This document shows, one piece after another, positions 29,194 to 43,252 of a stretch of DNA of 64,000 nt; positions within the stretch are counted from its first letter, which is position 1; each line of letters starts with the position of its first letter. Made by a program: the position numbers and the translations under genes. The notes below the pieces were generated by a model that did not search any database, was not told the origin of the DNA, and saw nothing but the letters and a program-made list of their open reading frames with translations. The stretch comes from Octopus vulgaris (Eukaryota). The stretch spans positions 34,286,001 through 34,350,000 of the forward strand of contig OX597831.1 in assembly GCA_951406725.2 (NCBI GenBank), read 5' to 3'.

Positions 29194-29400
29194 TACATAC
29201 ATATGTATATACACACACACACACACACACACACATTATTTTTCTGAGTTATTTTTCTGAGTTATTTTTCTGAGTATGCATTGTCTGGAGACTTTTATTT
29301 GCAGTTGAAGAAATAGCCAAATTTTTGGCTGCTATTTCTGAAAAGTTCGGTGTGTGGTAAAGTGAATTCTTTTACTTTACCATATTTTTATATATTTATA

Positions 29401-29465
<65 letters not shown>

Positions 29466-29561
29466 CGACGGGCTTCTTTCAGTTTCGTCAACCAAATCCA
29501 CCCACAAGGCTTGGGTCGGCCCGATACTTTAGTAGAAGACACTTGTCAAAGGTGTCACGCA

Positions 29562-29605
<44 letters not shown>

Positions 29606-30459
29606 AAAGTAAAATTGCACGATACCGCACGAAAGAAAATTTATAGGGAACAGGACTTGAGAAAGCCTGCATTGCTTAGCCAAAACTTCATCAGAAATCG
29701 TATTTAAGCATTTATACAGAATTTTAGGGGAGTGACCAAACTTTTTCCATCATCTTCAGTCTTCTATGTGTGTTGATTTTCCAAAATATTTAGTAACAAT
29801 TTTACAGATTTGTAAGAAAGTCATTATTCACAAAATCCATCAGCTTTGTTTAATGTGTCGTCTGTCTTCCATAAAGTGTTGTTATTTATATTTTTGAAAC
29901 TAAACTTTGATATATTGTCTAACAAAATGATCGTTATGGACACTAAATGCTTACATGATATCTTATTTTTGTGATGTATATCTTATAACACTGCGGTTGG
30001 CATAAAAAGTTTAGGAATTTAAGAGACAACTTGCGTAAACATACACTCATGCACACACGCAACACATAGGCACACACACATGCACATACACATGCTAATA
30101 CGTGTGCATGCATATATATGTATACATGTATCTATATAAATACGCATACATATACGTGCATACATTTATATATATATATATATGTATATACGCACACTTA
30201 CATATATGCATATATATATATATATATATATGTATGTACATTGTATACTGACTAATATATTTTTGTAAATGAACATATCTATACATATATATATATAAAT
30301 ACGTACATATACAGATATATATGATGTATGTGCGTGTTATAACAACGTTTGCATTATATACATAACATCTCTATATATTTGTTGATATGTGTATATATTC
30401 ATAAAAGCATATATGTACATATATAATGCATATGATCGTACGTTAATTTATATATATAC

Positions 30460-30541
<82 letters not shown>

Positions 30542-31406
30542 GTGTGTATGTATGTATGTATGTATGTATGTATGTATATAAGAGAAAGTATATGGAGAGG
30601 GCAATGCTGAGAACACGTCTTCCATCTTTATGATCTCATATATACTTCATGTAGAATAGTTGCAGTGATTGCCGCTTTATTATTCTGTAAGCTGGTCATG
30701 TAGGTGACATTTATCATCCACACACATTATTACATTTTCTAAAAAAAAATCCTACTGCTATGAGGTAAATATTTCACAAAGCTATAACAATAAATATTTT
30801 GACAAAGAACATTTCTGTGCGAAATATATGAGACTACGTAACTAGATGTCCACTATAGATTTGTATTTCAAACGGTTATAGCCAAAAGCCTTTCTCCACA
30901 CCGTGTCAGGAATACTCTATCCTTGACGTTGATGCGCTACGTATTTACCTGATCAAATTGTTGATATTTTACTGAGGGTGAAACTTGTTCAGTGGTTCGA
31001 GTTTCTTAATCTAAAGTAAATTATACGAATATTCGATTAATAGAGTTGAGGGCATCCTTCTCTTCTAAGCCATCTGCTGACTCTATCCCTACTTTATTTA
31101 TCGTTGTCTCTCTCTCCGCTTCTCTTTCTTTCTTCCCTCTCTTTCATTCTCTCTCTCTCTCCACACACATACACATCTCTCTCTCTCTCTGTATATATAT
31201 ATAGTTTTTTTTTCAGAATGAGCAACCTTGGATTTTTATCTCATTCTGAAAATATTTTTTTTTATATATACACATGCTGATATAAGACATACGTTGGACA
31301 CCTTATTCGCATAATCAGCGAACATGGAGTTTAACTATGGTCTGTCCATAGCACTTACTCAGCATTACCGGACACCTTTGGGTCTTATTGACACCATCAC
31401 CTCTCA

Positions 31407-31607
<201 letters not shown>

Positions 31608-31654
31608 GTATATATATCTGTATATATATCTGTATATATATCTGTATATATATA

Positions 31655-31749
<95 letters not shown>

Positions 31750-34153
31750 ATGTATATGTATATAAAATACAAAACGGGCAAAACATCCGGCAGCTAGGTG
31801 ATACAAAAAGGGACAACAAAACATCCAGAACGACGATACAAAACAAATAAGGACGGGTCATTCGACGTTTCTTTCCTCAGTCAAGCACCAGATTATCCTC
31901 GCAATTTCCGCTGATTATTCTTGAGATTGCTCCAATCTGCCCAGCCCCAAGGAAAAAACTAAGCTAAGAGCATTACATTCCTTGGAAGAAATTAGCGAAT
32001 GTTTACAAAAACAAGGACGGAAAAAACGGACAAAGTGACACAAATATAAATACAATAATAAATGCAATAAAAATAATAACAGGACATAACAACAGGTGTC
32101 TTTCGGCTAAGGACCAACTGATATAAGCTGGCGCGTGTGGAAATGAAGCCTTACGGCAGAGATGCAAAAATTTCACCCATTTTTCACTTCACTGTGTCCC
32201 TGTCCTTTTTTCTCGTCCCTCCTAAATTCTTCTGTCCCTCTACTTCTACTTCTCTCTCTTCTCTTCCCACGTGACCGCAGGTCAGCCAAGCCTGTTCTTT
32301 CTTTCTTGGTCTGACCGTTGTCCGTGCAACATCGATATTCTTCCCTGCATTTGTGAAACTTTTGTATCTCTGCCGTAAGGCTTCATTGGTAATGCACATC
32401 CCAGGGCTGTAGTAGAAGTTACTTCGGGTTGTGTGGAACTGAATTTATAACATTTATTTATAAAGCCCCTAACGTTCGTCTGTTAAAGTACGATTTGATT
32501 CATGAACTTGCTTTTGACCTTGCTGTCTTGTCGACCGCCTAATACCAACTGCTGAGCCATATGACTTGCTCTATATACGTAACGAAAGATAAAATTATCC
32601 CTATTATTAAATTTAGTTCTTCTTTTATTCATTAATATCTTCACGTCTACATACACGTAGCGAAACTTGAATCATTATGAGTATTATGCAGTAAGTATTA
32701 TGTAAGTAAAAAAATTTATGGACTTCTCTGTAATATTTCGTTCAACTGACTGGACTAAAATAAATACAGTTAATTAATTCAATTTTTAGCCAGAATAATG
32801 CATTATTAAAAGGTTTTCCTACATTGACATTAAAATACGATATATCTGTTTTGTAGAAAGTATATTGGATTTAATCCCGTATGGACATCTATTAATGGCG
32901 ATATATGGAGATAATCAGACGAAATATAATGTTTATTTATTTATGTTTCTTTGAGTTCTTAATTTAAATCCCGCCGGTATTAACTTTAACATTAATTGAG
33001 TCGAGGTCAGCATGATAATTACAAGTCAAGTGGTGATGCCTTAATATATCATTCCTGCAGAATTTGTATATTCGCGGCTATGTTTGAAACGCTCATCAAT
33101 AATATTATTTTATTACGTGCTGTTGTTGTACAATCGAACACAGTTCCGTGGTGTGCCATCGCTAATTACAGAGTTTGTTCGGTTAATCTATTCGGTCGCT
33201 TGACAAATACAAATTCGTTAGATTTTTGTTTCCTGTTTGGCCCTCACTTTGTCTTACGTTTGAAAAGAAATAAAACTTATTCAAATTTCCACGAACGATA
33301 AATAAGAGTTGTGGAGGAGGAGAAATTTAAGCAGCAAAAGACAAAAAAAAAAAAAAAAAAACTGAACATAAAACAAATAACATTGAAAGCAATTAAATTA
33401 CATAGAAAAACAATGAATTTATTCGACAAACTAATGTGTGCAATTCCCTGTAGCTTGAATGTTGTGAGTACACTATTTAATATACGTGCAGTGCCTAGTG
33501 CTTGGTATTTGCTCTAAGAGAAGATTTCGTAATATATATGCTGTATAGGTAGCGTCCTCAAAATTTATAACCTTAATAATTTTATTAGCATTGTTACATT
33601 TTATTGCCCTTTATTATATTTTAATTTTGTATTCTTTCTTAGAAAAGCTTTTCTTCGTCTGATATTAGTAATTGATTTTAAATTAGCAATTTATGGGAAC
33701 CAAAATTTAGTTTTTAGACCGACGTTGTATTCTCTTCACGATTGACTTTCCGCTGACAGAACTTTTGTGTAGAATGTTGCTGCAAAACACGCATCTAGTA
33801 TAGAAACAAATTCCTAACTGTATCCATTTATATGTTTTCTGGTTTAAGTCTCTTGAGAAGAAAAGTCTGCCTCGTTATTTAGATTGAAATTTTTATCGGG
33901 TTCTAGTATATTTGCCTCTAGTAACATGAAATTTGGCATCCATCCATCCATCCATCTATCCCTCTCTCCCTCCCTCTGTGATACTTCATGTTTTGAGGGA
34001 GTCATCGTCGCATTGTGGTGAAATGAAGATCTGCTTGCGCCGTTTTGAACCTGGAGGAGACCATGCCTCTCCAGATCTGAATGTGGTAGACTTCCTCCAA
34101 CAAGGAAAGGAGAGAGAAAGGAGGGTATGAGAGATTTCAGGGGATGGAGAATT

Positions 34154-34201
<48 letters not shown>

Positions 34202-35244
34202 ATGTAAATATACTCTAATACTGGATTAGTATTTCATTTATCGACTTCGAAATGAAAAGATTGACCTTGGTAAGAGTTGAACTCAAGGCGTAGAGATTCA
34301 CTGATAATGCTGCAAGGCTTTCAATCCAACTCTCCAAGATTCAACCAAATCACCTCCGCCTTAAATTGAAATGTGTGAACTGTATTGTAGGTACTTTAGA
34401 CCTTAACAGGCAGTAGCCTTGCCTGGATGAGGACAATTTTATGGGGTGGAGGGCACTTTTGGGTCAGCTGCATAATCCAGAATTGGTGGTATGAGGCGGA
34501 GTGGAGTACAGTGGGGCTAAGTGCAACTGAAAACTAAAGGGCTGCATCGGCTATCACATACTCTAGCTAAGCCACTGTAGTGATTCTTTACAATACAATA
34601 TAAAGTAAGAATTGCATACAAACATGTGAAAAGTGAACCATCGAAACTTCCTCAAGCACTCATTAATTTTTCTTTGGTTTCCTTCTGGTGTTTTACCATC
34701 AAAAGGGAAAGAATCTTTTCTAGATTAAACAAATTTATGTTAAAGAACATGTATGTACAACTTTACATCATTTTTCTCTCATAAAATAAAATAAATTTCT
34801 TAAAATCTTTCATTGCTTGTGGACTGAGTATTTTTACGTGTCGCCGCACGGGAGCATGGTTTTAACGGCTGGATGCCTTTCCTAACGCCATCACTTTACA
34901 GCGTGGTCTGAGTACTTTTACGTGACACCACTCGGTAGTATAGTATCAACGGCTAGATTTTTATATTTTTTATGATTTTTATATTTCTTATCATTCTATA
35001 GAACTTAGTGCAAATTGACTGGGAACCTGGGGCCCACCAAAATTGTTCCCAATTGGGCACCGTACCTCCTGAGGTTCGCCCTGCTTGTAGCTGTGTATAG
35101 TACTTATTCATCTACATTTAGAAACGTCAACACGGCATAACTCGAGGTACAAATTAATTAAGCTAAAGTCAACATTTTACGAAGTTTCTTAACAAGAGAG
35201 AAAATAGTCCACATTTTAAATAACATACTTGTTATATCTCCAAC

Positions 35245-35652
35245 TTCTTTCAGTCGTTATACTGCGACCATGCTGGGGCACCACCATGAAGAGATTTTTG
35301 GTCGAACAAATCGACCACAGTACTAATTATTTTTTGTTAAAGCCTGGTACTTATTCTATCTGTCTCTTTTGTCGAACCACTAGGTTACGACCACGTAATC
35401 ACACCAACACCAGCTGTCAAGTGGTGGTGGAGGACAGACACAAACACACACATATACACAAAACACACAAAACGCACACACATACATATACATGTACGGA
35501 TAGAATGGGTTTCTTTCTGTTTCCGTCTACCAAATCCACTCACAAGGCTTTGGTCTCCTCGCGGTCATAATAGAAGGCTTTTGCCCTGGGTGCAATGCAG
35601 TGGGACTGAACCCGGGACTATGTGGTTAAGAAACAAACTCCTTACCACACAT
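35245..35652 (-). mobile_element. SINE family A, diverged (further fragments near 4965-5170, 8520-8720, 29465-29560, 38160-38470, 39475-39560, 44560-44695, 46990-47205)
   Basis: Contains ccgtctaccaaatccactcacaaggctttggtc and the other family A blocks. Confidence 0.75.
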
Positions 35653-36739
35653 TTTTTTTTCTCATAGAAATTTTAAGAAACTACTATTTTAGAAAATACT
35701 ATATATAAATTTCGTTTCGGGAGTTCTAATCTGGAATTATCTAAAAGCAGATGTTTTATCCAAAATATATTTTCCTTTGGGCAATATCAACAGAGAAACT
35801 AAATTTCTTACAGAGATAGGAAAACAAAAATAACTAATGAACAAACAAATAAACATGAAAATGTTTCTGTTTCTTCCATTTTTTTACTTACAATCCGCTC
35901 AGCATACAGATAGACCACGTGACTTTGTAGGATAAACCAATCAACCGCCGATACGAAAAACTCCAATACACACGAACACTAAGAAAGTATAAAGACATAC
36001 ATTATATACAAAGAAACACATGTACATAAAATATAAATCAGAAATACACGCAGACGGACGAACGCACATGCCTATACAAATGTTCACTACTACTACTTCA
36101 ACTTTAAACATATAAAAACATTTACACATATTTACAAATACGCACAAACGAGCCTAAACAGACACATACACACACACAGACACGCGTACACGCATGCAAG
36201 GTTATGCAAATTAACACACATTCCAATATACACTAGCACACTCACACAGATACGGACAGAAGCGCAACGTATTCATAAACAACTCAAAACCTTCTGCACA
36301 CATATGCAACGTACTCAGACATATACATATACAAAGCACATAACACAGATATAAATACACAGAAACACACACATATACACAGAAAACCGCACAGGTAACC
36401 TTACATACGCAATGTTGAAACCTGTAAAATACTGCAGATTTACAGGGAAATATCTAAAGTATAGAATTATAAGGAGCAGAAAATTATAAATATTGTAAAT
36501 TTAACAATTAACGACCAATAATACGCTGTATGCGATATATATAAATATATATATACATATATAAAATATGAATTAGAGATTAGTTTGGAGCTATACTCCC
36601 TAATATTATTATTATATACATATATATATATATATATATGTGAGTGTGTGTGAGTGTGTGTGTATGAGTGTGTGTATGTATATATAAAGTAAAAAGTAAG
36701 AGTCAAAAGGAAGAGTAAGTACGGTTAGGCATCTTTTTA

Positions 36740-36854
36740 ATCGCTACAAATGTTTCGATACATACAGATCCTCGTATATTTAAAGTTAAGTTTAAATTAA
36801 ATTATTTAGCGATTTACCTGTATAAGAAGTATTATATGTATCTCCTCAGGCGAT
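36740..36854 (-). ncRNA. Type I hammerhead ribozyme with long loop II
   Basis: Minus strand: atcgc-CTGAGGA-gatacata[~70 nt]tatgtatc-GAAA-catttg-TA-gcgat. 5-bp stem I and 8-bp stem II. Confidence 0.8.
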
Positions 36855-37235
36855 ACTCAGTTGCTGTCTCCGTAAGAAAATTTATATTTCGATGCTAAAA
36901 TATCCATGGCAGCTTCTTTGAAACAAACAAACGCTGACGGTTTCAATTCGCTCGGTATGAGTGTGTTATCACGTTCGACATGAGCAGCAATGTACACGGT
37001 GTCTGTTTATTTATTCAGTTTCAACATGTTATTCTACACATGCCAAACTGTACCATCACGCAAAATACACTCATCCATTAGCTCATACTTATACAATCAC
37101 TTACACATCGATATACCGTACATCACTGATTGCTTCCATACATACACATATACACACACACATATACACTCACACGCAGACACGTACACGCATACATGCA
37201 TATATATATAACATATATGTACATATATTTTTACG

Positions 37236-37468
37236 AAGGCAGCGAGCTGGCAGAAACGGTAGCACGCCGGGCGAAATGCATAGCCGTATTTCGTCTGCTG
37301 TTACGTTCTGAGTTCAAATTCCGCCGAGGTCGACTTTGCCTTTCATCCTTTCGGGGTCGATAAATTAAGTACCAGTTACGCACTGGGGTCGATGGAATCG
37401 GCTTAATCCGCCTGTCTGTCCTTGTTTGTCCCGTCTGTGTTTAGCCCCTTGTGGGTTGTAAAGAAACA
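37236..37468 (+). mobile_element. tRNA-derived SINE family B
   Basis: aaggcagcgagctggcagaaacg..gagttcaaattccgccgaggtcgactttgcctttcatcctttcggggtcgataaattaagtaccag. Multiple copies in the window. Confidence 0.85.
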
Positions 37469-37890
37469 TATATATACATATATTCAGAATCACAGACGCA
37501 TACATATACTCACCTACATATCAATAAACATATTCACATCTATACATAGGCGCTTATACATTTATCTACTCATTTCCAGGTACATAGTTATATCTACATA
37601 GTTATATCGCTGAACGCTTCATCATGAATACACTCTCCTATACATACGTGAAGGGAGTAAAAAATGGGTTTAGCGAGATAGGATAATGATAATTATAATT
37701 TATACACTGTTCCATCTGGAAAATGTATATTTAGCACGGTGGTTACATCTTGGAATTTTCTCATCATGTTTATTTACTAGATTTTCATTACTCAGTAAAA
37801 TACACAGTGCTTCCTCAAGGCAAAGGTCACATTCTAAGGGTGAACGAGCTCTATTAGTACACTTATACGTTCTTAAAAGAACACACCTTA

Positions 37891-37940
<50 letters not shown>

Positions 37941-37971
37941 CAAAATAAGCAACAAGGATATCCAAAGGTAG

Positions 37972-38059
37972 TGCAGTACAATCGTTTCATGCGACTTCAT
38001 TTAATTAAACAATGCAAGTATTACATCAGTTTTAAAATGTAGTGCAATCTTCAGCTGCA
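37972..38059 (-). ncRNA. Type I hammerhead ribozyme with long loop II
   Basis: Minus strand: tgcag-CTGAAGA-t tgc[...]gca t-GAAA-cgattg-TA-ctgca. Confidence 0.72.
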
Positions 38060-38619
38060 TATGGAATTTTTTAGTTAAATTGACAAGATTAATTTTTATA
38101 CTTATTCCATTTGCCAACATTACAAAGAGGGTAGGTATATAGACAGAGAGGTAAATCCCATCAACTTGCTTCTCAACCATATGGTTCTGGGTTCAGTCCT
38201 ACTGACTGGCACTTTGGACAAGTGTCTTGTACTATAGCTTCGGCCCGACCAAAACCTTGTGAGTGGATTTGGTAGATAGAAACTGAAAGAAGCCCGTCGT
38301 ATACATAAATATATATATAGAGAGATATATGTATACGTTTGTGTGTCTGTATTTGTCCTCCCCACCACCACCGTCGCTTGACAACCGATGTTGATGTGCT
38401 TATGTCCCGTAACGGTTTGGCAAAGAGACAAAGAATAAGTCCTCGGGTCGATTTGTTCGACTTAAAGGCCAAACGTCGCTAACCATTTTGCCCGGTGTTC
38501 TAACGATTCTGACAACTCACCGCCTTAAACTAGTCAGCTAATATTGCTTATGAAAAGGCAGCTGTGTGCGATACTGAAATAAAAGAGAAAAACAATTATT
38601 TTATCAATTTCTAGGGTTA

Positions 38620-39340
38620 ATTCTAATAACAAAGTCTAATTCTGAAGTGTTGCATCAAGTCTTAAAAACATTCAAGGGTGATGCGGGAATTAATATTAAA
38701 ACCTGTTTTGTTGATATGGCAAACGGATCTTCACCGCTGGGTAGCATTAATAATTCTATGTACACCATAATGAAATTAGATGATCCAAACTTCATTCTCA
38801 TATAATGCAGTTTCCACTCTCACTGTTCAGCACGTTCGCATGCTGCTGAAGAAATTACCTCCAAACATTGACTCTTTTTTTCCGGAGATAATGGTGTGAA
38901 GAGAATATTCTGGTAATATATAAATTAATCAACAATAGTGAGGAACCGTTGAAAACACTTGCCCTTTCAACTATAAAACGGTTAGCGGGAAGTAACTGCA
39001 TTTAAAGAATACCTTGCCATTGGGATGCATTAAAATTACACCATGAAATGGCGTCTTCTTGTTACAATAAATATTATATGTAAGAGAATAATGCAATATA
39101 GCCAAACGCAACTAATGATCTTTATCATGCATTCATGAGGCCTCCGATACGTGTATCTGAATACATTAATTGATGTTTCTATAAAACACTTGGCTGAAAT
39201 CTTCAGCATTTCCATTGCGTACTATTACAAGAAATTTACACCCACAATTTGAGAGACATGAAAAAAGAATTTAGGTATTGAATCACAGTCACTTCCATGT
39301 TATATAAACGACCTTGATTTCGAGTTCTTTAATATTTCAG
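38620..39340 (+). pseudogene. Highly degenerate hAT-superfamily transposase relic
   Basis: Manual translation near 38940-39055 gives EEPLKTLALSTIKRLAGSNCI*RIPCHWDALKLH, resembling hAT 'LKIL..S.TRWL.R..C..RIL..WDALKL.F'. A CSFHSH-like motif lies upstream near 38805. Confidence 0.55.
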
Positions 39341-39555
39341 CGAGTGAAATTTCCTCTAACCAAATTTCTCAAGGACATGGAGACGCTGTACAAAATATCT
39401 GACTCAGCTTTTTCAAACAATTTTGCAATGTGTTCATAGACATCTTGAAGATATTCAGAAAATACTTGCTGTTGAGCAAGTGTCGTCCACAATAGCCTCG
39501 GGCTGACCAAAGCCTTGTGAGTGGATTTGGTGGACGGAAACTGTAAGAAGGCTGT

Positions 39556-39600
<45 letters not shown>

Positions 39601-40057
39601 CAGTGTGCATTTAAACACGTTAAGAGGTTTCCATTACAGGAATCCTTTACGCTAGAAATAACAGCTATAGTCCAAACCTCTTTAGCTGTTCTTTCTAGCG
39701 TAAAGGATTTCTAATTCTTTATATCATTTGTATTCTGTGTAAGTTGGATCTTTTTATGTGTATACATATATACATTATATGTATTTCATGCATTTAATAT
39801 ATCTTATATATTGATCTGTCTTATTTGCTCATCCCTACATTTACTTCCATACCTGCTCAAGTTTAAATGTCTTGAGCACTTGAAAAAGTATTCTCTACGG
39901 AGAATATCTGAATCTCATCTATGAGCTAAATATATATATATATATATATAAACTTACTTGGAAATCGATGGGTGGCGTTCAATGAAATAAGAAATAGCAA
40001 ATAATATATATATATAGATATATACATGCATACATATATGGGTACGGGACGTCACCA

Positions 40058-40280
40058 ACGGTTCAAACAACAGGAAATACGTAAACAAACGAGTTGAATA
40101 CGTAAACAACAAGAAAATATAGAAAACAGAGACAAGTAAACACAGAGAAAAGACCCTTCATCAGTTGTCGGCTGTCTATCTACTCCACATTTTGAAGACA
40201 GCCGACAACCGATGAAGGGTCCTCTCTCTGTGTTTTCTATTTTTCTCGTTGTTTACGTATTTCATGTTATTTGAACCGTT
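40058..40280. repeat. Imperfect fold-back inverted repeat
   Basis: gacccttcatcagttgtcggctgtc / gacagccgacaaccgatgaagggtc and aacggttcaaa / tttgaaccgtt. Confidence 0.8.
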
Positions 40281-40308
40281 GTTTGCCACATTTAAGTGGC
40301 AAATATAC

Positions 40309-40378
<70 letters not shown>

Positions 40379-40485
40379 ATACATACATAAATACATGCAT
40401 ACATGCGTACATACATTTGGAAGTTAAACCTCAGTTAATAAACTAGTTAATTTATATATGTATATATACAAGATAATGTGTGTGA

Positions 40486-40529
<44 letters not shown>

Positions 40530-40657
40530 GTGTGTGTGTGTGTGATAATGTAACGGTTGTAAAGTATATTGCAATGTATTTAACCTTGCAAGTATAATCT
40601 GGTGTAGACACGATGCTTTGCGTGGATAGATCTTTTTACTACGGCAAATATTGTCAA

Positions 40658-40699
40658 CACGGACCCGGGTTTCTGGATATTTACCCTTCGTCAGCACAC
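40658..40699 (-). ncRNA. Minimal type I hammerhead ribozyme (inverted copy)
   Basis: Minus strand: gtgtg-CTGACGA-agggtaaatatcca-GAAA-cccggg-TC-cgtg. Confidence 0.75.
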
Positions 40700-41180
40700 G
40701 ACAATCATCGGTCTTCGATGCGAAGGGGTCCCAATGCAAATGCATTTTTTTTTTTCCAGTGACGAAAAGTCACTGATCTCGAAAAGATGTAAACAAGCAA
40801 TAATAAATCTCTGAACGAGGTACAAACGGTAGCTACACGACAATGTGAAGTATATTTGCCACGTGCGTATCACGTCAGGTCGACGATGGGAAGGATGCCT
40901 TCACTTTGCAAATACTTATAGCGCGCAGAATGTGTGTCAATAGCCAGCTGGAGAAGATTTTCTCCTGGTGCTACAAGCTACAGTATTATCCACCCTTAGT
41001 GGTTAGCCACATTTATGTGGCAAATATACTTCACATAGTCATGCAGCTACTGTTTATGCCTTGTTCAGAGATTTATTGTTGCTTGTTTACACTTTTTCGA
41101 GATCAGTGACTTTTCGTCACTGGAAAAAGAATATATGTATTTGCATTGGGACACTTTCGCATCGAAGACCGGTGATTGTC

Positions 41181-41223
41181 GTGCGCTGACGACGGGTAAT
41201 TACCCAGAAACCCGGGTCCGTGC
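41181..41223 (+). ncRNA. Minimal type I hammerhead ribozyme in the tandem unit
   Basis: gtgcg-CTGACGA-c gggta at taccc a-GAAA-cccggg-TC-cgtgc. Palindromic stem III and GUC triplet. Confidence 0.82.
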
Positions 41224-41434
41224 GTAATATGTCAGTTCGACGATGGGAAGGATGGCTTCCCTGTGCAAATACTGATAGGGCACAGAAAGTGTGTCAATAG
41301 CTAGCTGAAGAAGATGTTCTCCTGGGGCTACAATCTACAGTAGCATCCACCTTTAGTGGTTAGCCACATTTAAGCGACAAATATACATTGTCGTGCATCC
41401 ACTGTTTATACCTCGTTCCGAGATTTATTATTGC

Positions 41435-41485
<51 letters not shown>

Positions 41486-42144
41486 TATATACATACATAT
41501 ATGTACATACTTACATATGTATGTATATACATGCATATATGGGTACAGGATATCAAAACAAAACGTTGAACACAATGAGAAATGAAAACATAAAAACAAA
41601 AACATGGAAACAAACTTTTTTCAAACAACGAAAAAATAGAGAAACGAGACATACAACATATAGAATATTCCCCTTCTTCAGTTGTCCCTGCTTCATCTAC
41701 TCTGCGTTTCGAAGGTAAGGGCAAGACGCGACTTCTTTGAAACTGTCCTTCCCTCAAAGCAAATTAAATAAAATTTGGGATCTTTTGCGGAGGGTGAAAG
41801 TGGTAACAAGAACACGACAGTGAGAACAAAACAGTAAAAACAAACTATGAGGGTTGTTAAGCCAAGACGATGGAAAATTATTCTGAACGTTTAAGGAGAC
41901 GAGCTTATGAAAAGACAGGATATGCCCGTTTAGTCTTTGTGAAGGTAGTAGTCGGAATGATGGCTTCCTTCTCATCACCTGTCACTGACGAGAGAGTCGA
42001 GGAAGAGCATTGAGAGGAAAGGAACGGTGAAGGGAAGAGAAGAATAGGGATGGGTGGGAGAGAAAAAATATATATATACACACACACACGCACACACATA
42101 CATACATACATACATAAATACATGTATATATATATATATATAGC

Positions 42145-42486
42145 AGTTGTATACTGTCAACCTAACGTGACAGTCCCATAAAGGGAATCACACCACCACT
42201 ATTAGCCCTAGGAAGCATCAACGCTTTCTGTCGGCTTCGACACATTTCCTGTGTCCTTATGTTTACAAAGGGGAGACAAGCACCCCCAACAGCTAGGCCT
42301 GCAGCCAGAGACATGTTTCTGAGACTTGCTCGTCATCAATCTGCAGTACCATGGCCTGCTAGCTGAAGATACCTGTCTAGACTTTGTAAACATATATATA
42401 TATATGTGTGTGTGTGTATGTCTGTGTGTGTGTTTGTGTGTGATTCCCTTTATGGGACTGTCACCTTAAGTTGACAGTATACAACT
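42145..42486. mobile_element. MITE-like element with ~49-bp terminal inverted repeats
   Basis: agttgtatactgtcaacctaacgtgacagtcccataaagggaatcacac ... gtgtgattccctttatgggactgtcaccttaagttgacagtatacaact. No clear TSD. Confidence 0.55.
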
Positions 42487-42553
42487 ATCGTAGTATACTG
42501 CTCTATCATTCCACCACTACTTATATGTTTCTGGGATATTTAGAAATGTAATA

Positions 42554-42616
<63 letters not shown>

Positions 42617-43130
42617 TGTGTGCAGGTGGGTGTTACTTTTTACGAAGTAGATATTGCGATGCTGTTATTGTCAACTGAATCGCCAAGCTGAAAAAATACA
42701 AAATGGCGTCATGTTCAGTGGTACTGCTGCTGCTAATAAAAATGCATGTCACAGCACTGTCTACCTCCTCCTCTTCTTTCTCCTCCTCTCACTCCTCCTC
42801 CTCGTCACCATCATCATTATTATTATCATCATCACCATCTTTGTCACTTCAACATGGACCAAACGACATTACGTCCAGTTTCTGGTGCTGCAAAATATTT
42901 GTAAATAATATATTTGTTTACATTGATATATTACAAAACTAATAAATATGGTACCCAGAGAATTATGAATTGTAGATAGAGACTTAGAGACTGGAACGAG
43001 TGAACACAACTTAATTTGAAGAAAAGATGCAGACGATTTGGGAGAATCTTTTGATAAAAAGAAAACTATTTATAAGCCTAGAAATTGATTGTGTGTATCT
43101 GTGATTATGCTCTCACACACCCGCACACAG

Positions 43131-43161
<31 letters not shown>

Positions 43162-43252
43162 TATATATATATATATATATATATAGTATATATATATAGT
43201 AGTAACAGAAAAGAGGAATTTCGATTATCCCCACATGTTGAGTTTAATGTAT

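Larger units (their letters stand above)
40658..41434 (+). mobile_element. Retrozyme-like / non-autonomous Penelope-type element: inverted partial copy + ~357-bp monomer + partial tandem copy
   Basis: 40862-41218 repeats directly from 41219 to ~41434; 40658-40862 is an inverted copy of 41017-41222. No ORF, carries an HHR, ends at (TA)n. Confidence 0.75.
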
